Positions 1-8,920 of a stretch of DNA of 64,000 nt are shown piece after piece (within the stretch, counting starts at the first letter, position 1; every line of letters begins with the position of its first letter). Source of the stretch: an uncultured virus (IMG/VR IMGVR_UViG_3300048911_000077) (lineage: Duplodnaviria > Heunggongvirae > Uroviricota > Caudoviricetes); IMG/VR virus record IMGVR_UViG_3300048911_000077. One strand, 5' to 3'. Under the pieces are notes generated by a model that worked only from the letters and a program-made list of their open reading frames with translations, searched no databases and was not told where the DNA came from. A program made the position numbers and the translations under genes.

Positions 1-303
1 AACACGGGTTGCCTGAATTGTGGCAGCTGTCATTACTCTGTTAAGATGTTGCTGGTTGACATCAAAGCGGCTAATCTCAAACACTAACCTAGAGGAAGCC
101 ATGTCTAAGGCATTGCCCAGGGCTATGTTCAGTCTTCGTTGGTCTACATCAAACCTTCCAAGAGATAGAGTGATTGGTGTGTTTGCAAACTTACCTAATT
201 TCTTTAGTCTATTTTCAACATGGTCAAGGGCTTTATCAACTTTCTTAACAGAAGATTTATCAACTTCAATCCCCATGCTGGCAAAGTACTTACTAATCTG
301 CAA
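1..303 (-). CDS. Tape measure protein, N-terminal part (runs off window start)
   Basis: Open frame from TTG at 303 (GGAG upstream) to window edge: MQISKYFASMGIEVDKSSVKKVDKALDHVENRLKKL...; follows the chaperone pair and tube genes. Confidence 0.75.
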   Translation of the reverse strand, partial: MQISKYFASMGIEVDKSSVKKVDKALDHVENRLKKLGKFANTPITLSLGRFDVDQRRLNIALGNALDMASSRLVFEISRFDVNQQHLNRVMTAATIQATRV

Positions 304-317
304 TTTTCATTACTCCG

Positions 318-578
318 TCATTTGGGTTTATTCTTTTCAGCTTTAGCTTTATTTATGGCTTGTTGATTCAAAGAATCATGCACATCCAACATTTCAATCA
401 TTTTCAAAAGTTGACGTGTAGAATATTTCCACTCCATCTCAGCGGCTAATTCAAGACCTCCCTTCTCGTGCATGGCTATTCTGTAAATACTCCAAGACTG
501 TGAGAATTTTGAATCAATTTCTTTTTCTAAATTTGTGGGTGGAGCTTTTCCCGATGCAGTTGACCCACTTGGAGTCAA
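318..578 (-). CDS. Tail assembly chaperone, downstream (T) part; probably made as a -1 frameshift fusion
   Basis: In the -1 frame relative to 575..898, overlaps its stop, sits just before the tape measure gene. Confidence 0.65.
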   Translation of the reverse strand: MTPSGSTASGKAPPTNLEKEIDSKFSQSWSIYRIAMHEKGGLELAAEMEWKYSTRQLLKMIEMLDVHDSLNQQAINKAKAEKNKPK

Positions 579-898
579 GCTTCTTCTGTATCGGGTGCCT
601 GAAAAAGTTCTTCAAAGTTAAAATTCAGCACCTCTTTATACAGCTTGTTGAGATGTGCATACTTACGAGAGAAATGTACATCAAAGCTTTTTTCAGTAAT
701 TTGCATATTGTCTTTAGACACATAGTTACAGATGATTTGTTTCATCTGGCTAAGATCTGCCTTACCTTCATCGATTGCTGCTTGATGCTTTTCAATAAAC
801 ATCAGGCCTTTAGTTGCTGGCATAGCACTAACCAAATAGTCTACATCATCAACTGTAATAGTTGTTTGTTCTAATACTTGAAATTGTGGAGCTGCCAT
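575..898 (-). CDS. Tail assembly chaperone (G-like)
   Basis: 107 aa, between tube genes and tape measure. Confidence 0.7.
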   Translation of the reverse strand: MAAPQFQVLEQTTITVDDVDYLVSAMPATKGLMFIEKHQAAIDEGKADLSQMKQIICNYVSKDNMQITEKSFDVHFSRKYAHLNKLYKEVLNFNFEELFQAPDTEEA

Positions 899-919
899 TT
901 ATTTTATCTCAGATATAAA

Positions 920-1417
920 TTAAAAAATATTGTCTATGAATTTACCAGCCTCACTCAATGCTCTGTCTAACAAGTCCGTTGCAGGTTTAGCATTGCCTCC
1001 GACAGTATAAGTGTCTGTGTTTTGTGCAAAGAATTCCCAGTTTCGGTATTCAAACTGTCCAGAAAATGTTGCTGTTGGATACCCTGTAATAAAAGCTTCA
1101 TTGGAAGAAAATACACTCCTCCCAGATCTGTCTTTTAGCATAAGAGAAATTCTAGCAGTACCTTCATCCAAATCCAATTCATGAATGTATGAAAGTACAT
1201 CATTACCTTGAGAGCTTTGAAGCAGAGATATTGTCAGTGTCGCTGAAGTATCTACATTCTTTACACGAGTATTCTTACCTCTAATACCCCTAACTACAGC
1301 AAAGCCTTTAACTGTTCTTGAGATAGTAACACTCTGCCAACCAGTTAATTGATAGCCACCGATGGTAAGAATTACATCTTTGGGGTTGTAAGTTTGAACC
1401 GTAAAACCATTAGCCAT
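920..1417 (-). CDS. Tail tube-like structural protein (paralog)
   Basis: TYNPKDV N-terminal motif shared with the two neighbouring ORFs. Confidence 0.65.
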   Translation of the reverse strand: MANGFTVQTYNPKDVILTIGGYQLTGWQSVTISRTVKGFAVVRGIRGKNTRVKNVDTSATLTISLLQSSQGNDVLSYIHELDLDEGTARISLMLKDRSGRSVFSSNEAFITGYPTATFSGQFEYRNWEFFAQNTDTYTVGGNAKPATDLLDRALSEAGKFIDNIF

Positions 1418-1914
1418 CAGAGCACCCCTTCAATAACAGAAGCAGCACCAGATGCAAGGTTAATAAGATCTTGTAGAATACCACTAGCGTCTTGGTTACT
1501 ACCAATGTTAATAACAGCTTGTGAGGATTTCAGTATCCAAGTACGAGTGTCAAAGTTTGTACTTTGAACCATATTAGGTACACCTTCAATCCAAGTGCTG
1601 GTGGAGAAGAAAAGGTCAGTCCCTGATAAATCCTTAATAAACAGAGGAAATTTGCCAACCTGAGATAACTCATCTAGTTGCCAAAGCTTAGTTAGAATAT
1701 CATTAGACGTGGAGCCACGGTGGAAAGTCAGTGAAATCGTGTAGGTTTGACTGTTAGTGTATATCCTAGCAACTTGCCCATCTGTTGTTTCTGTGGAACC
1801 GTAGGCTACTTTATCTTTGCTTATGCTGATAAAAGTCCCGTCAGCGAATCCATTTAAGGGTATACCGAAAGCCAGACAATTGACAGCTTCTGGAGAGTAA
1901 TTTGCTAATGTCAT
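1417..1914 (-). CDS. Tail tube-like structural protein (paralog)
   Basis: NYSPE...GFADGTFIS...IKDLSG, clearly similar to 1958..2491. Confidence 0.7.
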   Translation of the reverse strand: MTLANYSPEAVNCLAFGIPLNGFADGTFISISKDKVAYGSTETTDGQVARIYTNSQTYTISLTFHRGSTSNDILTKLWQLDELSQVGKFPLFIKDLSGTDLFFSTSTWIEGVPNMVQSTNFDTRTWILKSSQAVINIGSNQDASGILQDLINLASGAASVIEGVL

Positions 1915-1931
1915 TATTATTCCTTAAGTAC

Positions 1932-1950
1932 AGGGGCCTTTCAGCCCCTA
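1932..1950 (-). terminator. GC hairpin after the tube gene (terminator/processing site)
   Basis: AGGGGC-TGAAAG-GCCCCT on minus; nearly identical hairpin follows the major capsid gene. Confidence 0.5.
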
Positions 1951-1957
1951 TTAGGCA

Positions 1958-2491
1958 TTAAGGATTCAACCGCCACCGACTCTCAACCGTACCACCAGCA
2001 GCCTCAACAGCAGCCACTTCAGCAGGAGCCAGAGGAATGTTACCACCAATAAACAAGTCGCTACCAAACAGATAGATCTGCCAATCACGAGTTGAAGTTT
2101 CTGAACTAAACTCTACAGCAGGTGGTGCAGCGATGATCGCACTGTTAGAAGAAACAACGGTCTGACCACTCAAATCTTTGATGGTTACAGAGAACACCCA
2201 CGTATTATCTGTAGTTTGAGCATCAGCGATTTGAAGTTGTTGCAAAACAGTGTTTGATGGTGAATATTGATGCACAGTAACATCAACAGTCATACCAGTT
2301 ACTTTACGCTTAACGCGGCCAAATGAGTTAGAAGTGCCAACACCCTGATAGGGGGTAGAACTTGGAACCAAACGGTTCATTGAAACGAAAGTCCCGTCTG
2401 CAAAGCCGCTTACAGTGTGTACAAAGTCACCTTTCGAAATAACAATTGTAAAATCGTCAGGGGAGTAGTTACCAATATAATTTGAAGCCAT
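1958..2491 (-). CDS. Major tail tube protein
   Basis: NYSPDD...GFADGTFVS motif of myophage tube proteins; immediately downstream of sheath. Confidence 0.8.
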   Translation of the reverse strand: MASNYIGNYSPDDFTIVISKGDFVHTVSGFADGTFVSMNRLVPSSTPYQGVGTSNSFGRVKRKVTGMTVDVTVHQYSPSNTVLQQLQIADAQTTDNTWVFSVTIKDLSGQTVVSSNSAIIAAPPAVEFSSETSTRDWQIYLFGSDLFIGGNIPLAPAEVAAVEAAGGTVESRWRLNP

Positions 2492-2506
2492 TGTTAATCT
2501 CCCAGA

Positions 2507-3799
2507 TTAAACAGAAAGGTAAAATTGAATATCGACGCTGCGAATCGCACCGGCAAGACGTGCTCTAATTACAAATACACCAGCAGCACGTTGAGCACGT
2601 AGTGTTGGGCTGATTGACAGCACAGGGGGGGTTTGCACAGTCCAGCCGGAATCAATCATACCATTACTTTCAGCCAGAGATAGCACAGAACGAATTTCGT
2701 TCTCTACAATCAAAAGACCTGGGTCAGTCATGGGGATTTTAAGGCTGTTAATGATACGGAAATAGATACCTTCCTGAAGTCTGGCTTTTAACCAATCCTT
2801 GGAAATTTGAATATCAATAGGTTTTCCATCAAACATATTACCATCTTGGAACACATCAACACCACCTTTACGGCGAAAGAAGTTCCACGATTTGTCACGT
2901 AGATTGCCAATCTGGCTGGGGCTGAGGATACTACGAGTAACACCAACAGCGCGCTTGAAGTCCCAGTCGTTTGAGCCAGGAGTTACGGCCAGTTGACTGC
3001 CAGACCATGCGGCTTCTGGAAACTCGGTTGCAGCAGTTGCAGAATAAACGCCGAAAGTACGACCAGCAGACTTAGCGTTTAGCTTATAACCAATATCTGT
3101 AACGCCACCAGTTGGTGCAACTACGTCAGCAGAAGAAAGACCATAAATCTTATCCATGGCTTGAATAGTATCAGACAAAGCCTCTTGTTCAGCTACAACT
3201 TGTGTTTCAGCGAGAAGCTCATACCATACATCATTTTCAGCATCCACTGCCAACAGGGCATCAGGCCAAGTTTCAGTTGGAGTAGCATTGGTTAGTGTCA
3301 CATTAGACGAACTTGTCAGACTCCAAGCACTACCAGGCGTAGTTGGAGCTACTGTGAAAGTCCCATCCAAGTTATCGGTAAAATTAATACCTGTAGGAGA
3401 ACCAACAGCAGTATCGAGACCTGCAACAATTTCAATAGCAGTTGCAGAAGCATCAGAAGTAAAGGTGTAGGTAGTCCCATTAATGCTAATGGAATATACT
3501 GTTGAATTAGCAACAGTTACTGTACCAGTAACGCTATTTACTTGACGACGACCAATAACTAAAGAAAGAATTGGAGCACCGATTACAGAGTCTTGACCGA
3601 ACGCTTTACTAGCCATTTTATAGACATTGCTAGTGGTCGGAAAATCAGCGCCTACTTCATTGATAGTCAAGTACGTACGAGCACGTTCAGCAAAATTAGT
3701 GAAGGTGGCAAGAATGAGGGGAATTGCAAAAGAAGCCGTAGCGATTGCAGTAGTCTGATCGGTAATAACTACCCTAACTACATCATCTAAATCACTCAT
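2507..3799 (-). CDS. Tail sheath protein
   Basis: 430 aa; C-terminal IDIQ..DWLKARLQE...KIPMTDPG...LAGAI typical of this sheath family. Confidence 0.85.
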   Translation of the reverse strand: MSDLDDVVRVVITDQTTAIATASFAIPLILATFTNFAERARTYLTINEVGADFPTTSNVYKMASKAFGQDSVIGAPILSLVIGRRQVNSVTGTVTVANSTVYSISINGTTYTFTSDASATAIEIVAGLDTAVGSPTGINFTDNLDGTFTVAPTTPGSAWSLTSSSNVTLTNATPTETWPDALLAVDAENDVWYELLAETQVVAEQEALSDTIQAMDKIYGLSSADVVAPTGGVTDIGYKLNAKSAGRTFGVYSATAATEFPEAAWSGSQLAVTPGSNDWDFKRAVGVTRSILSPSQIGNLRDKSWNFFRRKGGVDVFQDGNMFDGKPIDIQISKDWLKARLQEGIYFRIINSLKIPMTDPGLLIVENEIRSVLSLAESNGMIDSGWTVQTPPVLSISPTLRAQRAAGVFVIRARLAGAIRSVDIQFYLSV

Positions 3800-3832
3800 A
3801 TTTTATTATGATCCTTAATTATGTAGCGATTG

Positions 3833-4375
3833 CTACGGGTAAATAATACTTTCTGGAATTTTTATAATTACTGGAATCTCTGAAGTTTCGTCAGCAATGA
3901 CTACACCATCAACAGAGTCAATAAGTTGGTTTGTAACAACAATATAACTAAAAGTCACGTCCATGTTATGGTATTCAACCCACTTTGTATCTCGTTTTTG
4001 AGGTGCCCTACGAATCTGACTCTTCCTCATAAAACCCAATCTGTTTCTATTCAATTCCAACCGTGTAAGGGGATTGTTATTGACATTGTTGTTAAAGCTT
4101 TGTGACATCTCACCACTCAAGCTACCGATAAAACTAAACTGACACATTATTTCATATGCAACTTGAAATGTTAGTGTTTCATCAGTATTAACTAAAGTTG
4201 ATGTGCTATGATGTCCTTGTTGCTCAACATTCAAAACATTGATCACAACATAACTAACAGAGGGTTCTGGTCCATTCTCATGACTGAAAATAACCATCGG
4301 ATTAGTAAACTCTGACAAAGCTGCAATAGCACTTGTACGGATGGCTTGTTTCAAGTCTGTAAATATAGCCATCAA
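3833..4375 (-). CDS. Neck / tail terminator protein
   Basis: 180 aa directly upstream of sheath. Confidence 0.6.
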   Translation of the reverse strand: MMAIFTDLKQAIRTSAIAALSEFTNPMVIFSHENGPEPSVSYVVINVLNVEQQGHHSTSTLVNTDETLTFQVAYEIMCQFSFIGSLSGEMSQSFNNNVNNNPLTRLELNRNRLGFMRKSQIRRAPQKRDTKWVEYHNMDVTFSYIVVTNQLIDSVDGVVIADETSEIPVIIKIPESIIYP

Positions 4376-4854
4376 TTACTTCCTTTAATATCTACTTTAA
4401 ACTCAATAGAGTTGTACAGTGTATCAGAATCTCTGAGAGGGTCATTAAATCCTTTTTCAGCAACAGTAAACGGAGAGTTAGGCGGTGTATCCCATTCAGC
4501 AACAGCTTTCTTAAGATCAGCCTTGGCCTGTACACCAATCCTTGTATACTCTTGTTTAAAGGTAGACTTTCCTTCTGCAATTCTCTGCATACTGTCTATA
4601 AAGAGTTTGTCATAAGACCCTTTCTTTATAGGTGCCATAAACCCAACACGAATAGCTGGGCGGGTGGGGATATTCTTAGCTGGTAATCCTTCTTCTTGCC
4701 ACTGCCAAACTTGTGCTACAGCTAAGTTGTCATTATCAGAACCATAATTTACGGGCTCTACAATTCCAACCTGAAGCTCTTGACCAGAAGCTTTGAGAAG
4801 ATCCTTTTTCATCTTATCCCATACAGAAGTATCTACTTTTAATGTAAACGCCAT
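4372..4854 (-). CDS. Neck / tail completion protein
   Basis: IPTRPAIR and PPNSPFTVAEKGFNDPLRDS..LYNSI motifs of phage neck proteins. Confidence 0.7.
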   Translation of the reverse strand: MAFTLKVDTSVWDKMKKDLLKASGQELQVGIVEPVNYGSDNDNLAVAQVWQWQEEGLPAKNIPTRPAIRVGFMAPIKKGSYDKLFIDSMQRIAEGKSTFKQEYTRIGVQAKADLKKAVAEWDTPPNSPFTVAEKGFNDPLRDSDTLYNSIEFKVDIKGSN

Positions 4855-4863
4855 AGATACTCC

Positions 4864-5250
4864 TTATGACGATGGTGCATCTGGGGTTAGTTCTATTCTT
4901 GCAGCTTGAATTTTCACATGCTCCAATATCCCCATTCCGTTTGTCCAATCATCAACCTTCATGATTTTATAACGATCATTCTTCCAAATGAATTCATCGG
5001 CAGACCACCCACCAGTTCCTTCCTTGAGAGTACGAGCATAATCAGCAGAGTAGAATTTAACCCAAGCTCTTGTCCTGTCAGCTTCGGGAAGCATAAATAT
5101 TTCATAAGGTTTGAGTGGCTGGATATTAACTTGGAGAATAATTTCAGAAGTAGATCCTTCTACCCACCTGCCATTAACATAAGAGCCTTCAGATTTACGA
5201 AAGATTGTTAGTGGAATTTTGTGAGTTAATAGGAATTGAGGTTTTAACAT
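4864..5250 (-). CDS. Head closure protein
   Basis: GSYVNGRWVEG...NIQPL...LPEADR pattern; synteny. Confidence 0.65.
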   Translation of the reverse strand: MLKPQFLLTHKIPLTIFRKSEGSYVNGRWVEGSTSEIILQVNIQPLKPYEIFMLPEADRTRAWVKFYSADYARTLKEGTGGWSADEFIWKNDRYKIMKVDDWTNGMGILEHVKIQAARIELTPDAPSS

Positions 5251-5259
5251 TTCAACTCC

Positions 5260-5721
5260 TTAAGGAATCACAATAAATTGAACACCAAAACTATCTCCAC
5301 ATCCGCAACCACATCTGTCATCACAATCACAAGTTTTAATTTGTGTAAGTTTAGGACGAACATTGTCCGAGTTATGGTTATTGGCACAAACATCTGACCA
5401 ACTAATCCCACCAGCCCAAGGCATCATTCCATTAGGTAAATTAACAATTGGGTTGTCAATTAGATTACCAAGAGCTTTTAAATATTGAGTAGAAAGAGAA
5501 GACCACACTTCAAGGTCACCAGTACGCTCTCTTGTACTCCAACCAGCCAATTGAAAGCTTGCAGAAATTGCAGCCATCCTTGCAGCTAATTGAACATTTC
5601 CATTATTCTGATCTAGAAAGAATTGTATTTCATCATCAGTAAACAACTGATAGAAGGGAGATGTTGGAACATCACCAATCAAAATTCTAACTTGTTGAAT
5701 GGGCGTTAAGGCCATAGCCAC
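5260..5721 (-). CDS. Head-tail adaptor protein
   Basis: VRILIGD...FTDDEIQFFL motif; downstream of capsid genes. Confidence 0.7.
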   Translation of the reverse strand: MAMALTPIQQVRILIGDVPTSPFYQLFTDDEIQFFLDQNNGNVQLAARMAAISASFQLAGWSTRERTGDLEVWSSLSTQYLKALGNLIDNPIVNLPNGMMPWAGGISWSDVCANNHNSDNVRPKLTQIKTCDCDDRCGCGCGDSFGVQFIVIP

Positions 5722-5760
5722 TCCTTTAAAAGTAAGGAGGGCAGACTAGCTGCCCGATTT

Positions 5761-5985
5761 TTAAGCGACAATACCGGCAGCTTGAAGTTTGTCGAGAAAA
5801 GCATTTAACTCAACTTTCAAAGCTGTAATATCTGCACCAGCGAAGTCAGCTTGAGTTGCAGCCTTCTTTACAGTGCCATTGACAGTAGTAGTTGCAACAG
5901 GAACACCAGCACCAGAGTTCACTTGAGCAGCAATAGAATTGACTGCCTCAATATAACCTGCACCAACGGTTGGGGTAACAGCCAT
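5761..5985 (-). CDS. Small head fibre / decoration protein
   Basis: 74 aa from ATG 5985 with GGAG RBS; PVATTTVNGTVKKA...LNAFLDKLQAAG. Confidence 0.6.
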   Translation of the reverse strand: MAVTPTVGAGYIEAVNSIAAQVNSGAGVPVATTTVNGTVKKAATQADFAGADITALKVELNAFLDKLQAAGIVA

Positions 5986-6002
5986 ATTTATATCTCCAAA
6001 GA

Positions 6003-6020
6003 AGGGGCTTTTCAGCCCCA
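6003..6020 (-). terminator. Hairpin after major capsid gene
   Basis: GGGGC-TGAAAA-GCCCC followed by TTCTTT on minus. Confidence 0.6.
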
Positions 6021-6027
6021 TTCAGAT

Positions 6028-7116
6028 TTAGGCAGCGATACTTACGCGAACCAGAGCTTGAGGACGCAGTACGGCGTTCATGAAGTTAGATTCGGACATA
6101 ATTTCGATGAAATCGTCTTTCTCGTTCATGTATTCAAACCAGTATGCTTCTTGGGCAGTTTGGTTAACAGTTGCAAAACGGTTTGCCGGAGCAAAGTAAG
6201 TTTTGAACAGTGCAGCAGCAGCCACTTGTGGGAACACGTACGCATCACCGGCTGGGATGTAAGGAACAGTTGCTCCAGTTACACGGTCGGTGTAGCTACC
6301 ACGATATTCGATCCACAGAATACCACCATAGCTGAAGGTGCGATAACGAGCATCCAGACCATAGGCATTAGCAGTTAGACGACCAGTCAGAACGTCAGCA
6401 CCACGATCACGAGCGTAGTATTTGTAAGCATCTACCACGAAAGGGTGGGTGATCAGTGCGTTGAAGAAAGAAGGTGAGCAAACAGCAATCATGCCCTCAA
6501 CAACTTGACCAGACTGAATACCATCTTGAACACCAGCAATGATAGGCTCAACACTTTCCAGAGGATCAGTAGCAAGGCTGTTCAAAGGCATGGTCAGTTC
6601 AGTACGGGTAACACCAAACTCGTTGTACCAGTTAATGGTAGCACCGTAGGATTGACGCAGAGTACCACTTGGAGCATATACGGAACCAGTGGTGATCAGT
6701 TGAGCACGAGCAGCTTCAAGAGTCACAGCGTGGTTCATACGCATTTGTTGCATTTTACGGGCACGAGTACCGGCAACAGTTTCAGTTTGGATACCGGCGA
6801 AAACGTTATCCCAAGCAACAACACCGTCAACATCATTTGGAGTAATTGCATCATCCAAAGGGAAGTGAGGAATAGAAGCAGTCAGATAGCTACGAGCTGG
6901 ACCACGGGATGCGTTGTTACGTTCATCCCAGTTACGGTCTGGAATCAAACCTTCGTTCCAAGTAGTGCGAGGAACCAGAACAGTCTTTTGGGTTTTACGT
7001 TCTACGTCGAAGATACCCAATTGATTGAACAGACCCCAAGAGTTGGGGACGATCATGATATCTTCGGACAGGTCTACTACGCGGTTGAAGTCCGTAGGAT
7101 TATAAGAAAGTGGCAT
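6028..7116 (-). CDS. Major capsid protein
   Basis: 362 aa; IPHFPLDD motif and C-terminal ESNF..VLRPQAL; highly-expressed codon bias; synteny. Confidence 0.9.
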   Translation of the reverse strand: MPLSYNPTDFNRVVDLSEDIMIVPNSWGLFNQLGIFDVERKTQKTVLVPRTTWNEGLIPDRNWDERNNASRGPARSYLTASIPHFPLDDAITPNDVDGVVAWDNVFAGIQTETVAGTRARKMQQMRMNHAVTLEAARAQLITTGSVYAPSGTLRQSYGATINWYNEFGVTRTELTMPLNSLATDPLESVEPIIAGVQDGIQSGQVVEGMIAVCSPSFFNALITHPFVVDAYKYYARDRGADVLTGRLTANAYGLDARYRTFSYGGILWIEYRGSYTDRVTGATVPYIPAGDAYVFPQVAAAALFKTYFAPANRFATVNQTAQEAYWFEYMNEKDDFIEIMSESNFMNAVLRPQALVRVSIAA

Positions 7117-7134
7117 AGTTATTTAAGCTCCAGA

Positions 7135-7569
7135 TTAAACAGTAAGTTCAAGAATGACGCCCTGCTCTTTGAGCAAGTGACGCAGACCTTCGAATTGAGT
7201 GGCGTTCAGGAAACCGGAAGTGGCCTGACGTACTGGGTAATCTTTCAGGATTACGTTGTCACGGACATAACCAACAGCGTTGTCGGTAGTTTCAGCAGCC
7301 AGCAAAGTGAAGCCTTGTGGCTTAGCGCAATATTCGTCACCAAACAGAACGATGAATTCGTTAGTAGCAACAAGCTGTGCAGCAGCAGACAGAAGAGTGT
7401 AAGCAGTGTCAGTTGCGGCTTTTGCACGATAAGCAACCATACCCATTACAACAGGAGTATCAGCAGCTACGTCAACAAAGACAACTTCCCGGGCATAACC
7501 AACACTAGGATCACGTTCGTGAACTACAAGGTCGGACAGTTGAGTAAAACCACGAACTACGATGGGCAT
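7135..7569 (-). CDS. Capsid decoration protein
   Basis: 144 aa between protease and capsid gene; GYARE.V motif. Confidence 0.7.
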   Translation of the reverse strand: MPIVVRGFTQLSDLVVHERDPSVGYAREVVFVDVAADTPVVMGMVAYRAKAATDTAYTLLSAAAQLVATNEFIVLFGDEYCAKPQGFTLLAAETTDNAVGYVRDNVILKDYPVRQATSGFLNATQFEGLRHLLKEQGVILELTV

Positions 7570-8909
7570 TATTTAGCACCTTTTTGGAATTGATTTTTCA
7601 GGAGTTGAGCGGTGAGGTTTTCACCTTGAGGTTTTTCTGGCACTACTTCTTTACCCTGACCACCAACTTCTGACATCAAAGCGGAGTGATCGATTACTTC
7701 AGCTTGTGCTTTAAAGCCAGCTACAACAGCTTCAAATGATGCATCATCCAAAGCAGACAACGATGTCAGCAAAGCTTCTTGTTTAACAGCAGACAATTTT
7801 TCTTTCCGGGCTGACAGTTTAGCTTCAACTTTTTCAGATTCCATCTGAGCTACTTTTTCAAGAGCTTCGCTCAATTTTGTAGTCTGATCGGTGAAGTTAG
7901 TTTGCAACGTAGCGAGAGCTTGTTTTACAGAGGAGAACTCTGCAAGTTGCTCATTTGCAGCAGTGAGTTGCGATTGCAATTCAGCAAGTTGGGTCATTTC
8001 AAGAGTTTCCTCAGTATTGTTTTTACTAAATTTAAAGATACGATTACTCATCGAACTTCCTTCTTTATTATTTTGGGCTTGGCCCGACAGGTAAGAATAA
8101 AAATCTTCTTGAGTCATTACCTTATCAGCTAGGCCCAAAGCAATTGCATCTTCTGCAAGGAAGGTGTTTGCTTGAGTATTCCTAACTGCTTCCACTGTCA
8201 TTTTGCGATGTTCTGCAACATATTCAGTGAAATCTTTGTAGAGAGCATCTACTTTATATTGAAGATCATCCAAGAACTCTTTACGGAAAGATCCATCTTC
8301 TGCGAATGGAATCTTCTCAGTTCCTGCTGAGATAAATGAACGCTCGTAACCTTTCATCTCAAGTGCTTTGGAATCGTTCATCAAACGAATCAAAACACCA
8401 ATAGAGCCGATTTCAGAGTTCTTATTGGAGATGATTTCGTCAGAGATTGCGGTGAGGCCATAGGCGGCACTAGCGGACAGTCCGTCTACATATGAGATGA
8501 TTTTTACACCGTTGTCATCTGCCAATTTACGCAGATAATTACCAGTATCCATCATACCGTAAGCTTCGCCACCACCAGACTCGACCATAAAAGCTACAGT
8601 CTTAGTACCAACCTCAAGCAGCGCCTCAAAGTCTTCCTTGATACTCTCGTATGAAGTGCCGCCACAAAAAGCTTCCCATCCAGTTGACTTATTAGTCAAT
8701 GGGCCTGAAATGTGGATAACACCCAGATTTGATTCGGCGTAGTGCAAAGTACTATACATTGAAAATTCATTGTCAGCCTTTGGAGTAACGTCAACAGTCC
8801 CTTCACAACGTTTATCTACATAGTTAAGAATAGATTCAAAACTTTTAGAGTCCACTAGGAGAGGAGTGTCGAACAACTTAGACCGGAGTCTAATGAGTTC
8901 ATGAGCCAT
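7569..8909 (-). CDS. Prohead protease (S49 family) fused to C-terminal scaffold
   Basis: ESGGGE, SASAAY, IGSIGV, AIALGLAD motifs; coiled-coil C-terminus. Confidence 0.88.
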   Translation of the reverse strand: MAHELIRLRSKLFDTPLLVDSKSFESILNYVDKRCEGTVDVTPKADNEFSMYSTLHYAESNLGVIHISGPLTNKSTGWEAFCGGTSYESIKEDFEALLEVGTKTVAFMVESGGGEAYGMMDTGNYLRKLADDNGVKIISYVDGLSASAAYGLTAISDEIISNKNSEIGSIGVLIRLMNDSKALEMKGYERSFISAGTEKIPFAEDGSFRKEFLDDLQYKVDALYKDFTEYVAEHRKMTVEAVRNTQANTFLAEDAIALGLADKVMTQEDFYSYLSGQAQNNKEGSSMSNRIFKFSKNNTEETLEMTQLAELQSQLTAANEQLAEFSSVKQALATLQTNFTDQTTKLSEALEKVAQMESEKVEAKLSARKEKLSAVKQEALLTSLSALDDASFEAVVAGFKAQAEVIDHSALMSEVGGQGKEVVPEKPQGENLTAQLLKNQFQKGAK

Positions 8910-8920
8910 TAATGGACTCC

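Noticed and set aside
6505..7593. 362-aa ORF on + strand
   Set aside because: Antisense shadow of the codon-biased capsid and decoration genes; no RBS or recognisable motif.
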